Shown: positions 1-10,202 of the stretch, one piece after another
Layout of the letters: each line of letters opens with the position of its first letter
Numbering within the stretch: the first letter of the stretch is position 1
Source: an uncultured Bdellovibrionales bacterium
GTDB taxonomy: Bacteria > Patescibacteriota > Minisyncoccia > Moranbacterales > UBA1568
DNA length: 64,000 nt
Direction: 5' to 3'
Assembly: GCA_964530135.1 (NCBI GenBank)
Contig: CAZGXN010000002.1
Location: 67,308 to 131,307 of the forward strand
Made by a program: the position numbers and the translations under genes
The notes under the pieces: model-generated
The model's input: only the letters and a program-made list of their open reading frames with translations
Databases searched by the model: none
Told to the model about the DNA's origin: nothing

Positions 1-486
1 TTTCAAAAAAGGGTAGCGCTCTTGCCATTTCGGAAACGGTTTTTCAGCAATCGCAAGAAAATCCGCCCCGGCCAAACCATTGGTTGTGAGCCGCTCCGCC
101 ATCTCACGCAGCGTCCAACCTTCAGGAAAGGTAACACGCACGCCCGCAGGGATGACTCGACCCTCCACAAAACGCTCAATAATTTCAGGGATAGAAAGCT
201 TCCCTGAAAGACGATACTCACCTACCTGGAAGGCTTTATACTGTCCCGTTTTAAGAGCCGAAACGATAAAGGTGAGTCGCCCATCAATAATCCCCGCTGC
301 TTCCAAGCGTTCAGCAATGAGCGTTACCCCCTCACCACTTTTCACAATGAAGCGCTGTTCATCTTCTACCCGTCCACGAGCCGTATCAACCCGGTTCAGC
401 AGGTACCAGTACGTAGCCCCGCCGATACAACCCAGGATGACCGTCACGACCACCACCGCTTTTGCGATCCGGAAAATAAAGTGCAT
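1..486 (-). CDS. mltG: Endolytic murein transglycosylase MltG/YceG family, N-terminal ~160 aa; the gene runs off the window start.
   Basis: Hand translation of the minus strand from ATG at about 486 gives MHFIFRIAKAVVVVTVILGCIGGATYWYLL (TM anchor), then ...GEYRLSGKLSIPEIIERF...VRVTFPEGWTLREMAERL, the YceG signature; there is no stop before position 1. Track ORF 80..499(+) is its low-complexity antisense shadow. Confidence 0.65.
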   Translation of the reverse strand, partial: MHFIFRIAKAVVVVTVILGCIGGATYWYLLNRVDTARGRVEDEQRFIVKSGEGVTLIAERLEAAGIIDGRLTFIVSALKTGQYKAFQVGEYRLSGKLSIPEIIERFVEGRVIPAGVRVTFPEGWTLREMAERLTTNGLAGADFLAIAEKPFPKWQERYPFLK

Positions 487-495
487 GAGGAAATA

Positions 496-957
496 TTAGT
501 AGCCAATCACCTGAACAACAACATCTCGCTCGCGCGCGCCATCAAACTCCACCGCGAAAATACTCTGCCGCTCCGTGAGTAGGAGTACTCCTTTTTCAAC
601 CGGGATTGTTTCGCTGCTTCCGAGGAGCATTGCCTTGCAGTGAGAGTGGCCATTGGATCGGCCATCAGAACGAGTTTCGCGGCGCAACTCAAACAGATCA
701 TGAGAATACTGGTCATCAACCGGTGCGACCTTGTAAAGGGTGCGCATAAAATCCCGAAGGAGCATGGGTTCGTTATGATTGATAACGATACTCATCGTCG
801 TATGCGGTACATACACCAACACTTGACCCTCACGGATACCCGACCGACTCACGACCTCCTGGACCGCTGTTGAGATATCAAGAAATTCGATCTGCGTCGT
901 GCTCTTGAGATCAATTCGTTCTTTATGAATTTTCATATGTGTGTTTCTTGGCTTCAC
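496..957 (-). CDS. yjbQ: YjbQ/UPF0047 family protein (secondary thiamine-phosphate synthase-like). GTG start; the true start may be the internal MKIHKE.
   Basis: 153-aa ORF, ...IEFLDISTAVQEVV...GQVLVYVPHTTMSIVINHNEP..., typical YjbQ length and motifs. Confidence 0.7.
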   Translation of the reverse strand: MKPRNTHMKIHKERIDLKSTTQIEFLDISTAVQEVVSRSGIREGQVLVYVPHTTMSIVINHNEPMLLRDFMRTLYKVAPVDDQYSHDLFELRRETRSDGRSNGHSHCKAMLLGSSETIPVEKGVLLLTERQSIFAVEFDGARERDVVVQVIGY

Positions 958-974
958 ATCAACACGGTCTGCAT

Positions 975-1289
975 TTACCCAATACTTGTAAGAGCATCGC
1001 GTAAAGCATCTTTTTCTTGAACCCCGATGAATTCTTTGACCACTTGCCCGCCCTTAAAAACCTTCAGTGTCGGAATAGACATAACACCGTATTGGCTCGC
1101 GATTTCCGGATGTTCATCAACATTGAGCTTTCCAATCTTCACAGTTGTTACTTCGTTCGACAGTGCCTCGATAACCGGTCCCATGATCTGGCATGGACCA
1201 CACCAAGGTGCCCAAAAATCAACCAAAACCGGTTGCTCACTTTTCACAACCTCAGATTCAAAATTGTCTTTTGTAAACTCTCGTGCCAT
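975..1289 (-). CDS. trxA: Thioredoxin.
   Basis: 104 aa with the WCGPC active site and thioredoxin fold order (FWAPWCGPCQ). Confidence 0.9.
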   Translation of the reverse strand: MAREFTKDNFESEVVKSEQPVLVDFWAPWCGPCQIMGPVIEALSNEVTTVKIGKLNVDEHPEIASQYGVMSIPTLKVFKGGQVVKEFIGVQEKDALRDALTSIG

Positions 1290-1371
1290 ACATTCTTATA
1301 CTCAACGATTACATATACTCTATAGTAGACTTTTGGTGATAAAAAAGCAAAAGGTATGACGATATTCATCA

Positions 1372-1668
1372 TCATACCTCACGACCAGTTTCGATAACCT
1401 GGGTAATCGAATCTGGACAGGCGATTTGAACCTGAGCAAAAGACTCATGGTTCAAGGGGGTGATGCTCTTTGTTTGGGGTGCTATCGCCGGGCCTGGTGC
1501 CACCTCTGAAACACCTTCAGCCTCTATTTCAGCGATGATTCTCTGGCCGAGCATGACGAGCGCTTGACCGAGCGCACGCTGATCTCCATCCTGACTCTTT
1601 TGGAGAATCTCTGCCAACTCATCTGCCCAACGCCACTGACGGATGAGGTCATCATAGCGACTCAACAT
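1372..1668 (-). CDS. Hypothetical protein; likely starts at the internal MLSRYDD.
   Basis: ORF 1372..1722 sits between trxA and lepA with no recognisable family; start chosen to avoid crowding the lepA stop. Confidence 0.35.
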   Translation of the reverse strand: MLSRYDDLIRQWRWADELAEILQKSQDGDQRALGQALVMLGQRIIAEIEAEGVSEVAPGPAIAPQTKSITPLNHESFAQVQIACPDSITQVIETGREV

Positions 1669-1740
1669 ATATACCTCCAGAAGAAGATTGTAAAAGAAGC
1701 CTCCCCACCCTAATGGACACAAGAATTTTTGTCAAAAGAA

Positions 1741-3615
1741 CTATTTATTATTCTTCAAAATTTCAAGAAAGGCTTTGGGTGGAATTGTTACCCGACCAGT
1801 TTCCTTCATGCGTTTCTTGCCCGCCTTTTGTTTCTCAAGTAGTTTTTTCTTCCGACTGAAATCCCCTCCATACATATACCCTGTAACATCCTTTCGGAAG
1901 GCTGAAATCGTTTCACGCGCAATCACCTTGGCCCCGATAGCCGCTTGAAGTGCCACCGCAAAACCCTGACGGGGCAGAATGTTTTTCAGTTTCTCCACAG
2001 TTTTTTTCCCTTCAGCTTGGGCCGCTCGGGCAGGTACCAGCCGTGAAAAGGCATCAATCTTTTCACCCGCCACAAGAATATCCAGTTTTACGACATCGCT
2101 TTCACGATACCCGATCAAGTCATAATTCATCGAAGCATAGCCTGAAGATGCGCTTTTCAATTCATCATGAAAATTTACTATGACATCTATAAGCGGTGCC
2201 TCAAATGAGACAATGATGCGGCCTTCATCAAGGTATTCGGTATTTTTGTATTCTGAACGGATTGATTGAGCCAGACGCATTACATTCCCCAGATACTCAC
2301 TAGGTGTGATAATAGAAAGTGCAACAAAGGGTTCAAAAATCTTTTCAATACCGGCTGGATCTGGCATCTCTGACGGCGAATAGAGTAGAATCCGTTCCTG
2401 CTGGCCGTATAGCTGGAGCTCATACACCACCGAGGGAGTGGTGATCGTCGGGATGAGTTCAAATTCCCGTTCGAGACGAGCCTGAATGATCTCGAGGTGC
2501 AAGAGGCCAAGAAAACCACAGCGAAACCCTCGTCCGAGCGCCTGATTGCTCTCGGGTTCAAAGGTAAAGGCAGCGTCATTCAACTTTAATTTTTCCAAAG
2601 CATCGCGCATAAAAGCATAGTCTTCACCGTCTGTTGGATACAGACTCGCATAGACAGCTGGTTTGACCTCACGATACCCGGGCAATGGTGCTACTGGAAG
2701 ACTCTCTCGTTCGCGCGGCTGGAGTGTAATAGTATCGCCCACGCGACAGTGTGCGATCGTTTTGAGCCCTGTCGCGATATAGCCAATATCACCCGCAACC
2801 AACATCGGCTGTGGCGTAAGTGCCGGAGCAAAATGACCAACCTCAACTGTCACACTGTCATGCACTCGCCCAATCAGGTGTAACACATCATCCCGTCGAA
2901 CCACCCCATCAACGACACGGACAAATGCTACCACGCCTTTATAAGTATCATAGACCGAATCAAATATGAGAGCCCGCAGCGGCTGATCAACGCGTCCGCT
3001 TGGTACGGGAACACACTCGATAACACGCTCAAGTACCGCCTGTACGCCGATCCCCGTTTTACCAGACGCCAGAAAAATATCGGTCTCCGAACAGCCAATA
3101 AGGTGCATAATTTCTTTTTTGACCTTATCAACCTCCGCATTGGGCAGATCAATTTTGTTCACGACCGGAATAATTTCAAGACCTTGTTCAATCGCCAAAT
3201 ACAAATTGGCCAATGTCTGTGCCTGCACACCCCGGGTGGCATCTACGAGAAGAATGGCCCCCTCCACTGCAGCCAATGAACGCGACACTTCGTAATGAAA
3301 ATCCACGTGCCCGGGAGTATCAATAAGGTTCAGAAGATACTCCTGTCCCCGATACTCATAGTGCATCTGAACTGGCTGGAGTTTGATCGTGATACCTCGC
3401 TCGCGTTCAAGCTCCATCTGATCAAGCAGCTGCTCTTTCATTTTGCGCTTTTCAACAGTCGCCGTCAGCTCGAGGAGCCGATCAGCAAAGGTAGATTTCC
3501 CATGGTCGATATGGGCAATGATACAGAAGTTGCGAATATGTGACTGATCCATAGGAGTATCTTTGGGTTGGGCTGCCATCGGTAAGGAACGAAGGGATTC
3601 TAGCAGAACTCGCAA
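1741..3615 (-). CDS. lepA: Elongation factor 4 (LepA); start probably at the internal MAAQP/MDQSH, about 3579.
   Basis: IRNFCIIAHIDHGKSTFADRLLELT... G-domain (DTPGHVDF, NKID), full LepA length and C-terminal domain. Confidence 0.9.
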   Translation of the reverse strand: MRVLLESLRSLPMAAQPKDTPMDQSHIRNFCIIAHIDHGKSTFADRLLELTATVEKRKMKEQLLDQMELERERGITIKLQPVQMHYEYRGQEYLLNLIDTPGHVDFHYEVSRSLAAVEGAILLVDATRGVQAQTLANLYLAIEQGLEIIPVVNKIDLPNAEVDKVKKEIMHLIGCSETDIFLASGKTGIGVQAVLERVIECVPVPSGRVDQPLRALIFDSVYDTYKGVVAFVRVVDGVVRRDDVLHLIGRVHDSVTVEVGHFAPALTPQPMLVAGDIGYIATGLKTIAHCRVGDTITLQPRERESLPVAPLPGYREVKPAVYASLYPTDGEDYAFMRDALEKLKLNDAAFTFEPESNQALGRGFRCGFLGLLHLEIIQARLEREFELIPTITTPSVVYELQLYGQQERILLYSPSEMPDPAGIEKIFEPFVALSIITPSEYLGNVMRLAQSIRSEYKNTEYLDEGRIIVSFEAPLIDVIVNFHDELKSASSGYASMNYDLIGYRESDVVKLDILVAGEKIDAFSRLVPARAAQAEGKKTVEKLKNILPRQGFAVALQAAIGAKVIARETISAFRKDVTGYMYGGDFSRKKKLLEKQKAGKKRMKETGRVTIPPKAFLEILKNNK

Positions 3616-3631
3616 ACTGAAGATAGCGCCA

Positions 3632-5296
3632 TTACCAATCGCCGCGTTCAGGGTGATCTTCTACCAACGCGACTGTTTCAGGACGACGCAGGATACGGCA
3701 CCAGATAAAACGCTTTATCTGAAGGTATTCTGGTAGACCCAACCAGGCCGAGAGGGCGATATAGATCGCCACACCGATAGTCGTACCAACACCCAGTTTA
3801 ACTGCAACCTCGAGAAAAGTGTCTAGTCGATTGGTAGTCAGTGCAAAAATGCCTTTCGAGTACTGAGCAACGATCGCTGCGAAAAGTGCAATACCGGTAA
3901 TCTGAAAGACTCCTGAAAAAATTTCCCGATCACGCCAAGCTGACATACGCTGCCGCAGAAAATAATACAGGATAAGCATATTGGCTATGGCCCCAACCGA
4001 AAATGCCATCGCGAGACCAGCAACTGCAAAACGCGGCAACAAAAACGGAATGAGCGACAAATGAATGAGTTCTGAAAAGAGCGCCGCCAGAAGCGGAGTT
4101 CTGGTGTCTTGGAGTGCAAAGAAGGTTCGGATAAAAAGCGGACTGAGACTCTGCGCTGAGAGTGAGACAGCCAGCCATCCAAGGACCGTAAATGTGAGAA
4201 TTGTGTCTTCCCAATTAAAGGCACCTGTACCAAGCACGATCCGCACAATTTCCGCTCGAAAAATAATAAAGAGAAGGGAAAGTGGTAGCACGAAGTATAG
4301 GATCCGCCGCATGGTCTGAGCAAAGACAAGAAAGAAATCTGTCTCGGCCGCTGGTTTAGCTGCCAGGGCTGCAAGCACCGGAAATGAAGCAAGTGAAAAC
4401 GCGATACCGAAGAGGCCAAGCGGAACACTCTGAATATTGATCGCAAGAGTAAATGCGGCCAAGCTCCCTGAGATCAGCGTCGATGAAAAAACAGTTACAA
4501 TCACTAAGCTGATCTGATTCACCGCCATCGCCAGTGATCGTGGGATCATCAGCCGAACCACTTTTCGGAATGCCGGATCATGCAGGCTTGTGCCGAGAGC
4601 CAATGTCGAAAACCGATACCCCGCCCGCCGAAAAGCAGGAAACTGAACAAGAGCATGCAGCAAAGATCCGAGAACGACACCGAATGCGAGACCGACCGGT
4701 CCGAAAGATGGGTAGAGTATCGTAATTCCGAAAATAATACCGATGTTATAGAAGACTGGGGCAAACGAGTAAGCCAAAAACTGTTTGAAAGAAACGAGTA
4801 CGCCACCAATCACTGCTGAAAGAGCGAGAAATATCGGTGAAAGAAGCATGATGCGCGTCAACAGAGCCACCAATGATTGCTTTTCTGGGGAAAATCCAGG
4901 GGCTATCCACCCAGCAATCTGATGTGCGAGGAACATGCCCACAATCGCGGCGGCAGCCAGAATAACGGTGAGCCATTGGAGTGCACCCTCAACCAAATTC
5001 CAGGCTCGGGTGTGTTCGTTCCGAGCTATCAGTCCTGTAAAAACTGGCACAAACGCTGCCGAGAGTGCACCGAGAACCAAGAAACTATATACAAGATCTG
5101 GCAGCCGAAATGCGGCATAATACGCATCCAGTAAATCCCCCGCGCCGAATGACGAAGCGAGGAGACGATCACGAATAAAACCAAGAACACGACTCGCGAT
5201 TCCCGCCAGAGCGATAATAAATGCTGCGCCCCCGAGTGTTTCGATAGGGCGCATACTCCACTGCCACAAACGGTGCACTCTTTGTATCACATGCAA
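3632..5296 (-). CDS. murJ: Lipid II flippase MurJ/MviN.
   Basis: 554 aa polytopic membrane protein; N-terminus ...FIIALAGIASRVLGFIRDRLLASSFGAGDLLDAYYAAFRLPDL... is the MurJ signature. Confidence 0.85.
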   Translation of the reverse strand: MHVIQRVHRLWQWSMRPIETLGGAAFIIALAGIASRVLGFIRDRLLASSFGAGDLLDAYYAAFRLPDLVYSFLVLGALSAAFVPVFTGLIARNEHTRAWNLVEGALQWLTVILAAAAIVGMFLAHQIAGWIAPGFSPEKQSLVALLTRIMLLSPIFLALSAVIGGVLVSFKQFLAYSFAPVFYNIGIIFGITILYPSFGPVGLAFGVVLGSLLHALVQFPAFRRAGYRFSTLALGTSLHDPAFRKVVRLMIPRSLAMAVNQISLVIVTVFSSTLISGSLAAFTLAINIQSVPLGLFGIAFSLASFPVLAALAAKPAAETDFFLVFAQTMRRILYFVLPLSLLFIIFRAEIVRIVLGTGAFNWEDTILTFTVLGWLAVSLSAQSLSPLFIRTFFALQDTRTPLLAALFSELIHLSLIPFLLPRFAVAGLAMAFSVGAIANMLILYYFLRQRMSAWRDREIFSGVFQITGIALFAAIVAQYSKGIFALTTNRLDTFLEVAVKLGVGTTIGVAIYIALSAWLGLPEYLQIKRFIWCRILRRPETVALVEDHPERGDW

Positions 5297-5314
5297 GATA
5301 AATTACTCCTCTTC

Positions 5315-7414
5315 CTAATTCTTCTTTCCGAACACCACCCCCCAATACACATCCCTTTCAAGGGGTTGTTCCAGCGTAAAGATACGCTGGTACGGTATCA
5401 AATTTTCTGGGGTCTGCCAAACTGGTTGCCATCCCTCAGGATAATGCAGGGTAGCCTTCAAACGGACACCTTGCGTACCGGACTGCTTCTGGTACAGAGC
5501 TGAATATGAATGAACCGCTTCTTTCTCATCCGCTGTCCCGAGTGTCATACGAAAAGGCAACTCATACACATAGCGAACCGTTACTGACTCCCCGGGACTG
5601 ACATAGACCCAATTACCAAACACAGTTTTCCCTGCATCGGTTGATATGCGTGTGCCACTGGCTGGATCAATGACCATTTCTCCTTCTTCGCGAGTGATAT
5701 CCGGATCCTGACGGAAACCAAGCGCGGCATAATTCAAGGGAGGTTCAGGAAATTCTCGTGTCATACCCTCAGCTGAGATGAGGGTTGCCCCCTGAGGAAC
5801 ATACACTCGCAGATAATCGGCATTAACCTTGTTCCACCAGTCATAAGGCGTATTTCCGCCGGTATGTTCACGCGTAATAGAAACTGTGTCTCTCACCCGA
5901 CCATCGGACTGAATCTCTGCAGTATGCGAAATCGATTCCCGAATGACGCCATCTGTCTTGTAGCCATTGATATTGGTATGGATGACAGACAGATAGTCCC
6001 GCGGTGTCTCAATCACCTCTCCTGACCAACCAACGCCACGGATCAACTGCTCGATGTCTGGATGACGAGCATACAGGAGGATATGTTTCTCATTGAGAAG
6101 CTCGGCTAACAGACCCCCCAGCTTCCAAGTTTCCTGAGGATGATCGAAAGAAAGAAAACGCCGGATCAACACCTCCGTCAAATCCCCCAATATTTTCTTT
6201 GGATTATTCTCTTCCCGATCATACTTGACCTCAACCTCCTCCTGAAGAATCGGCATAAAATTTTCTGCCTCAATAGTTACGCCGTATTCCGGAAGAGAGA
6301 CTGGTCCGACAAGTGTCAAGATACGCTCCAATACTTCCGGCGTGAGGGTAATAATTCCGTCCACTGTCGGGCCGCCAGTCTTCTCATAAAAAAATATAGC
6401 TTTCTCAGCGGAGGTGGGAAAATCAGGAAACCAATTACTATCATGAAGGCTCCACCCTGCGCTGATCTTTTGAATTGGCTTTGGCGGCACGATATTTTCT
6501 TTCAACTGACCATCAGGATTAAATATACCGTCAACAAAAAAACGACGGATGCGAGCCTGATTCATTTCCAGAAGAGCATAGCTCCCAATAAATCCTCCCG
6601 TCGCGCGAAGCTCATGATTATTTTGAAAAAGAAAGAGATAGTTCCGTGGACCATTCATACCCAACAGCTCAGCTAAAAGTGTCTGATGTTCGGTATAGCC
6701 GCGCAGCAGTGCTGTCGTCAAAGGTAAGGCGGTGCGCACCTGAGTAACCCGAGCGCGATATTGTTCTGGGAGGGCATCAACCCGAACTCGCTCCAGCGCG
6801 CGTTGTGCGACGATCAAATGATCATACGCCGCTGTAACCGCCACCCCCGAACGCTGCAGTCGATCAATCGCTGATACTGGACCGTTAGACACCGGTGATC
6901 TATCAAGAAAATCTGGGAGTACTGGAAGAAGTACTGTGGCTGAATCAACCCCTTCACGGCCCGCACGGAATAATGCTTCAGCCGCTATACCCTGGGCGAT
7001 GCCTGGCACCTGCGTTCCACCGGTCGGAAACCAGGCAAAAGGCCGAAGCCAACGAGCGCCCGTTGCAAAATCCCGCCGTGCCAGAGCAAGATGCGTTTGA
7101 GCTTTTTCTCTCTCCCCTGCCCGAAGACTCTCAAGAGCAGCTTTCATTTCTACAACAGCTGATTCACCCAAAGCCGGTATAATCTGAATCACTGCGAAGA
7201 CTCCTAAGAAACAAAATCCTAAACACCCTCCCAATAGGGCAAGCCGACGATATACCCGATTCGGCTGCGGAACGGTAGGTTGAAGAATTGGAGTCCTCGA
7301 GGGGGCTGGTGGATACACTCGCGGTACAACCAGCCGACCTTGGAAGCCGCCCGGGTCTCTCGCTGGAATGTTTTCTTTTCGTCTGATATCTCGCATAACT
7401 TCCGTATACCTCAC
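5315..7414 (-). CDS. Large exported single-TM protein, DUF4012-like.
   Basis: 699 aa: Pro-rich cytoplasmic N-terminus, one TM, then a large domain containing LFLFQNNHELRATGGFIGSYALLEM, which matches my recollection of the DUF4012 NNAELRxTGGFIGS motif. Confidence 0.55.
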   Translation of the reverse strand: MRYTEVMRDIRRKENIPARDPGGFQGRLVVPRVYPPAPSRTPILQPTVPQPNRVYRRLALLGGCLGFCFLGVFAVIQIIPALGESAVVEMKAALESLRAGEREKAQTHLALARRDFATGARWLRPFAWFPTGGTQVPGIAQGIAAEALFRAGREGVDSATVLLPVLPDFLDRSPVSNGPVSAIDRLQRSGVAVTAAYDHLIVAQRALERVRVDALPEQYRARVTQVRTALPLTTALLRGYTEHQTLLAELLGMNGPRNYLFLFQNNHELRATGGFIGSYALLEMNQARIRRFFVDGIFNPDGQLKENIVPPKPIQKISAGWSLHDSNWFPDFPTSAEKAIFFYEKTGGPTVDGIITLTPEVLERILTLVGPVSLPEYGVTIEAENFMPILQEEVEVKYDREENNPKKILGDLTEVLIRRFLSFDHPQETWKLGGLLAELLNEKHILLYARHPDIEQLIRGVGWSGEVIETPRDYLSVIHTNINGYKTDGVIRESISHTAEIQSDGRVRDTVSITREHTGGNTPYDWWNKVNADYLRVYVPQGATLISAEGMTREFPEPPLNYAALGFRQDPDITREEGEMVIDPASGTRISTDAGKTVFGNWVYVSPGESVTVRYVYELPFRMTLGTADEKEAVHSYSALYQKQSGTQGVRLKATLHYPEGWQPVWQTPENLIPYQRIFTLEQPLERDVYWGVVFGKKN

Positions 7415-8559
7415 TTTGACTGGACAGCTTTATGATACAGGTGGAGCGTATCACGCGCCATGCGTCGCCACGAAAATTCCGCCACGCGGGAAAATCCTCG
7501 CTCTCGCAATGATCCGTTTCGTTGTGCCGAGAGAGCTTGCCGCAGCATATCAATACACGCCGACGGCTCAGTCGGATCGAAATACAGAGCAGCCGAACCA
7601 TACACTTCGGGAAGTGAGCCGGCCCGTGCCGCTACAACCGGCACGCCGTAATTCATCGCCTCAAGTCCAGGGAGACCAAAACCCTCATACAGCGAGGGGA
7701 AAAAGTATACCTGTGCCCGACGATACAGTACACCCAATGAAGCATCATCCAGATACCCTACAAACTGGATATTTATCATCCCTGCAGCTATCACCTTCTC
7801 ACGAAACGCACGATAAAAATAATCTTCTTTTCCCACGCAGAGGAAGAGATATTCGGGGAAGGCCACGGCTGCATCCAGGAGTAGTTCGAGATTTTTGTGC
7901 GGGTACGCATTGCCGACATACAAGATGAAAGGGCGAATACTCTCTCCTGTCTTGTTTTTTGATACGAGACCAAGTGAAAGGAGCAGTGTCTGTTCGGCAG
8001 CAGGAGATACCCAATAACAAAACGGGTCGGCTGCCTCAAGGGTCAGATTAGTCTTCCCGCGCGCAGCCGGATAACTAGACTCAATATCTCGCTGCGTAAA
8101 AGCGGAGACAGCGATGATCAACCGAGACCGTCGAATAGCGCAGGCGATAACCAGACGATACGCTAGGTATTTCAACCAATACAGAAAGGGGGGGAGTTCA
8201 CTCGCTTTAACGGTTGGAAAGTGAAGCAAGATCAAATCATGAATGGTTACCACAAAAGGAATGTTGATCAGTATCGGCACATTAAAATGTGGGAAGTGAA
8301 CGAGATCAAGCCGAAAATGATTGAACAGACGCGGGAGCATAAGCTGCTCCTGCCACCCATACCAAGGATAATCTGCTACTGCCTTTGTAAAACGAGGGTG
8401 CACTGGTTGGTACTCATCAAAATTTTCTTTTCGAAGAAAAACAACATATTCATTCGTATCCACCGGAAGACGCTCCAGATGAGTGATAAGTTTCTCGGTA
8501 TAACGACCCAAGCCCTTGCCAAGAGATCCGTAGAAGCGGGCATCAATACCAATCCTCAT
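7411..8559 (-). CDS. Family GT4 (GT-B) glycosyltransferase.
   Basis: 382 aa with C-terminal ...EGFGLPGLEAMNYGVPVVAARAGSLPEVYGSAALYFDP... the GT4 E-x7-E region; overlaps upstream gene by 4 nt. Confidence 0.8.
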   Translation of the reverse strand: MRIGIDARFYGSLGKGLGRYTEKLITHLERLPVDTNEYVVFLRKENFDEYQPVHPRFTKAVADYPWYGWQEQLMLPRLFNHFRLDLVHFPHFNVPILINIPFVVTIHDLILLHFPTVKASELPPFLYWLKYLAYRLVIACAIRRSRLIIAVSAFTQRDIESSYPAARGKTNLTLEAADPFCYWVSPAAEQTLLLSLGLVSKNKTGESIRPFILYVGNAYPHKNLELLLDAAVAFPEYLFLCVGKEDYFYRAFREKVIAAGMINIQFVGYLDDASLGVLYRRAQVYFFPSLYEGFGLPGLEAMNYGVPVVAARAGSLPEVYGSAALYFDPTEPSACIDMLRQALSAQRNGSLRERGFSRVAEFSWRRMARDTLHLYHKAVQSK

Positions 8560-8564
8560 AGTAA

Positions 8565-9269
8565 TTACACAGATGGTTCGACTGATCCGAGGGATGCTTG
8601 GCTATTCATTGAAAAGATAAAGAGTGCCTCTGCTGCGAGGATCTGAAAAACACCAGTTTCTTCAAGACGGTTCTTCATTTTATGAAATACGATAAAGGCT
8701 GCCACTCCCCTGACATCTTCTGGTGAACGCACGAACGAAAATTTCCCCTCTTCCCACAAGTATTTTTTGGTATCCAGGAGATACCGCCCATCAAAATTTT
8801 TCATGACCTCATAGTGTTTCCCATCCCCGACCTCATAGCGCTCGAGGATTGAATTGTCTCCGAGAGCAACAAAATAGAGTGCGACACAATTGGATCGAGC
8901 GAGGAGTTGTATCGCATCAATAATTGGGTCATACAATGCCTGCCCCTGCAATGCTGATACCTTCGACTGTGGCAACGATACCACCATGTTCTTCACGATA
9001 TCGATCCGCCGATTCATCTCGCCGATATACGAATACGATTGAGAGAGATCTTTCCGAATCTGATTGGCCTCTTGTTGCAATGAGAGTTTTTCTCGAACCG
9101 CTCGCAAGAATGCAGACTCTTTACCGAGATACAGAAGCAATCCAGCAATACCAAAGCAAAATATCAATAGCGATTCGAGATCTTCCTCGTTAAAAAACAA
9201 GATACCATCTTGTACGAATTCGGGCGTTACAATCATGCATACGAACAAGATGAGGTATATCCAATACAT
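8565..9269 (-). CDS. Hypothetical membrane protein (2 predicted TM plus a ~230-aa cytoplasmic coiled-coil-containing domain); start placed at the internal MYWIYL to avoid overlapping galU.
   Basis: ORF 8565..9491 overlaps the galU 3' end by ~200 nt; the internal Met just after the galU stop gives a clean start. Confidence 0.4.
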   Translation of the reverse strand: MYWIYLILFVCMIVTPEFVQDGILFFNEEDLESLLIFCFGIAGLLLYLGKESAFLRAVREKLSLQQEANQIRKDLSQSYSYIGEMNRRIDIVKNMVVSLPQSKVSALQGQALYDPIIDAIQLLARSNCVALYFVALGDNSILERYEVGDGKHYEVMKNFDGRYLLDTKKYLWEEGKFSFVRSPEDVRGVAAFIVFHKMKNRLEETGVFQILAAEALFIFSMNSQASLGSVEPSV

Positions 9270-9282
9270 GTTTTCGTTTTTA

Positions 9283-10170
9283 TCACGAAGGCCGAAGTGT
9301 TTTGAGATAGGACCGGAGTTTGTCGCCAACCTCAGGGTGTTGCAAGCCGAAATGAATGGTCGCCTTGATAAAATTGAATTTATCGCCCGTATCAAGCCAT
9401 TCGCCGGAAAGCTTCCTTCCATACAGCGGTTTCCCCTGCTCCAACATCGCATCAAAAGCGTCCGCCAAACGAATCTCACCACTCTTTCCATGCTTCATCG
9501 AAGCTAACACTCGAAATACTTCAGGGGTAATGATGTATTTCCCAACTGCCACGAGATTGGATGGTGCGGCTTCAAGTGTTGGCTTTTCGATAATGCCCTT
9601 TACTTCATACGTCATATCATCGAGGGGAATACCGTCGATCACGCCAAACTTTGACACCTCTTCTGGAACGACTTCGGATAAGCCGATGACCGGATCGTGA
9701 TATTTCTCATAAGTCTCAATCAACTGTCGAGATGCCGGAATCGCTGAATCATATAGACAGTCACCGAAAATCACGAGGACGCTTTCATCATCATCTACGA
9801 GATGTGCGGCCTGAAGCAGCGCATGACCATCACCGAGAGGCACTGGTTGTCGGACATAGGAAAACTTTGCCAAACCGGAAATTTTTTGAACCGCCTCGAG
9901 AAGCGCGTGTTTGTTTTTCTCAACAAGCGTATCTTCAAGTTCATAAGAAACATCGAAATGATCTTCGATAGCCCGCTTCCCGCGACCAGTAACAAAAATA
10001 ATTTCTTCGATACCCGATGCCACTGCCTCTTCGACGAGATACTGAATGACTGGTTTATCGACGATGGGGAGCATTTCCTTTGGCTGAGCTTTCGTTGCTG
10101 GTAAGAAACGAGTCCCAAACCCAGCAACCGGAAGAATTGCTTTTTTTACTGAGCGGTATTGATCATGCAT
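9283..10170 (-). CDS. galU: UTP--glucose-1-phosphate uridylyltransferase.
   Basis: AILPVAGFGTRFLPATKAQPKEMLPIVDKPVIQY... N-terminus and length 295 aa typical of GalU. Confidence 0.9.
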   Translation of the reverse strand: MHDQYRSVKKAILPVAGFGTRFLPATKAQPKEMLPIVDKPVIQYLVEEAVASGIEEIIFVTGRGKRAIEDHFDVSYELEDTLVEKNKHALLEAVQKISGLAKFSYVRQPVPLGDGHALLQAAHLVDDDESVLVIFGDCLYDSAIPASRQLIETYEKYHDPVIGLSEVVPEEVSKFGVIDGIPLDDMTYEVKGIIEKPTLEAAPSNLVAVGKYIITPEVFRVLASMKHGKSGEIRLADAFDAMLEQGKPLYGRKLSGEWLDTGDKFNFIKATIHFGLQHPEVGDKLRSYLKTLRPS

Positions 10171-10202
10171 ACAAGTGAAGAAATTATCTATTTATATCCT
10201 AC

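Noticed and set aside
80-499. Track ORF of 139 aa on the plus strand (Ser/Thr/Arg/Pro-rich).
   Set aside because: It is the antisense shadow of the mltG N-terminus on the minus strand and has low-complexity composition. ORF 3..221(-) is likewise an out-of-frame shadow.
6140-6676. 178-aa plus-strand ORF inside the DUF4012-like gene.
   Set aside because: It is antisense to a well-supported long CDS, with Lys/Ile-rich junk composition.
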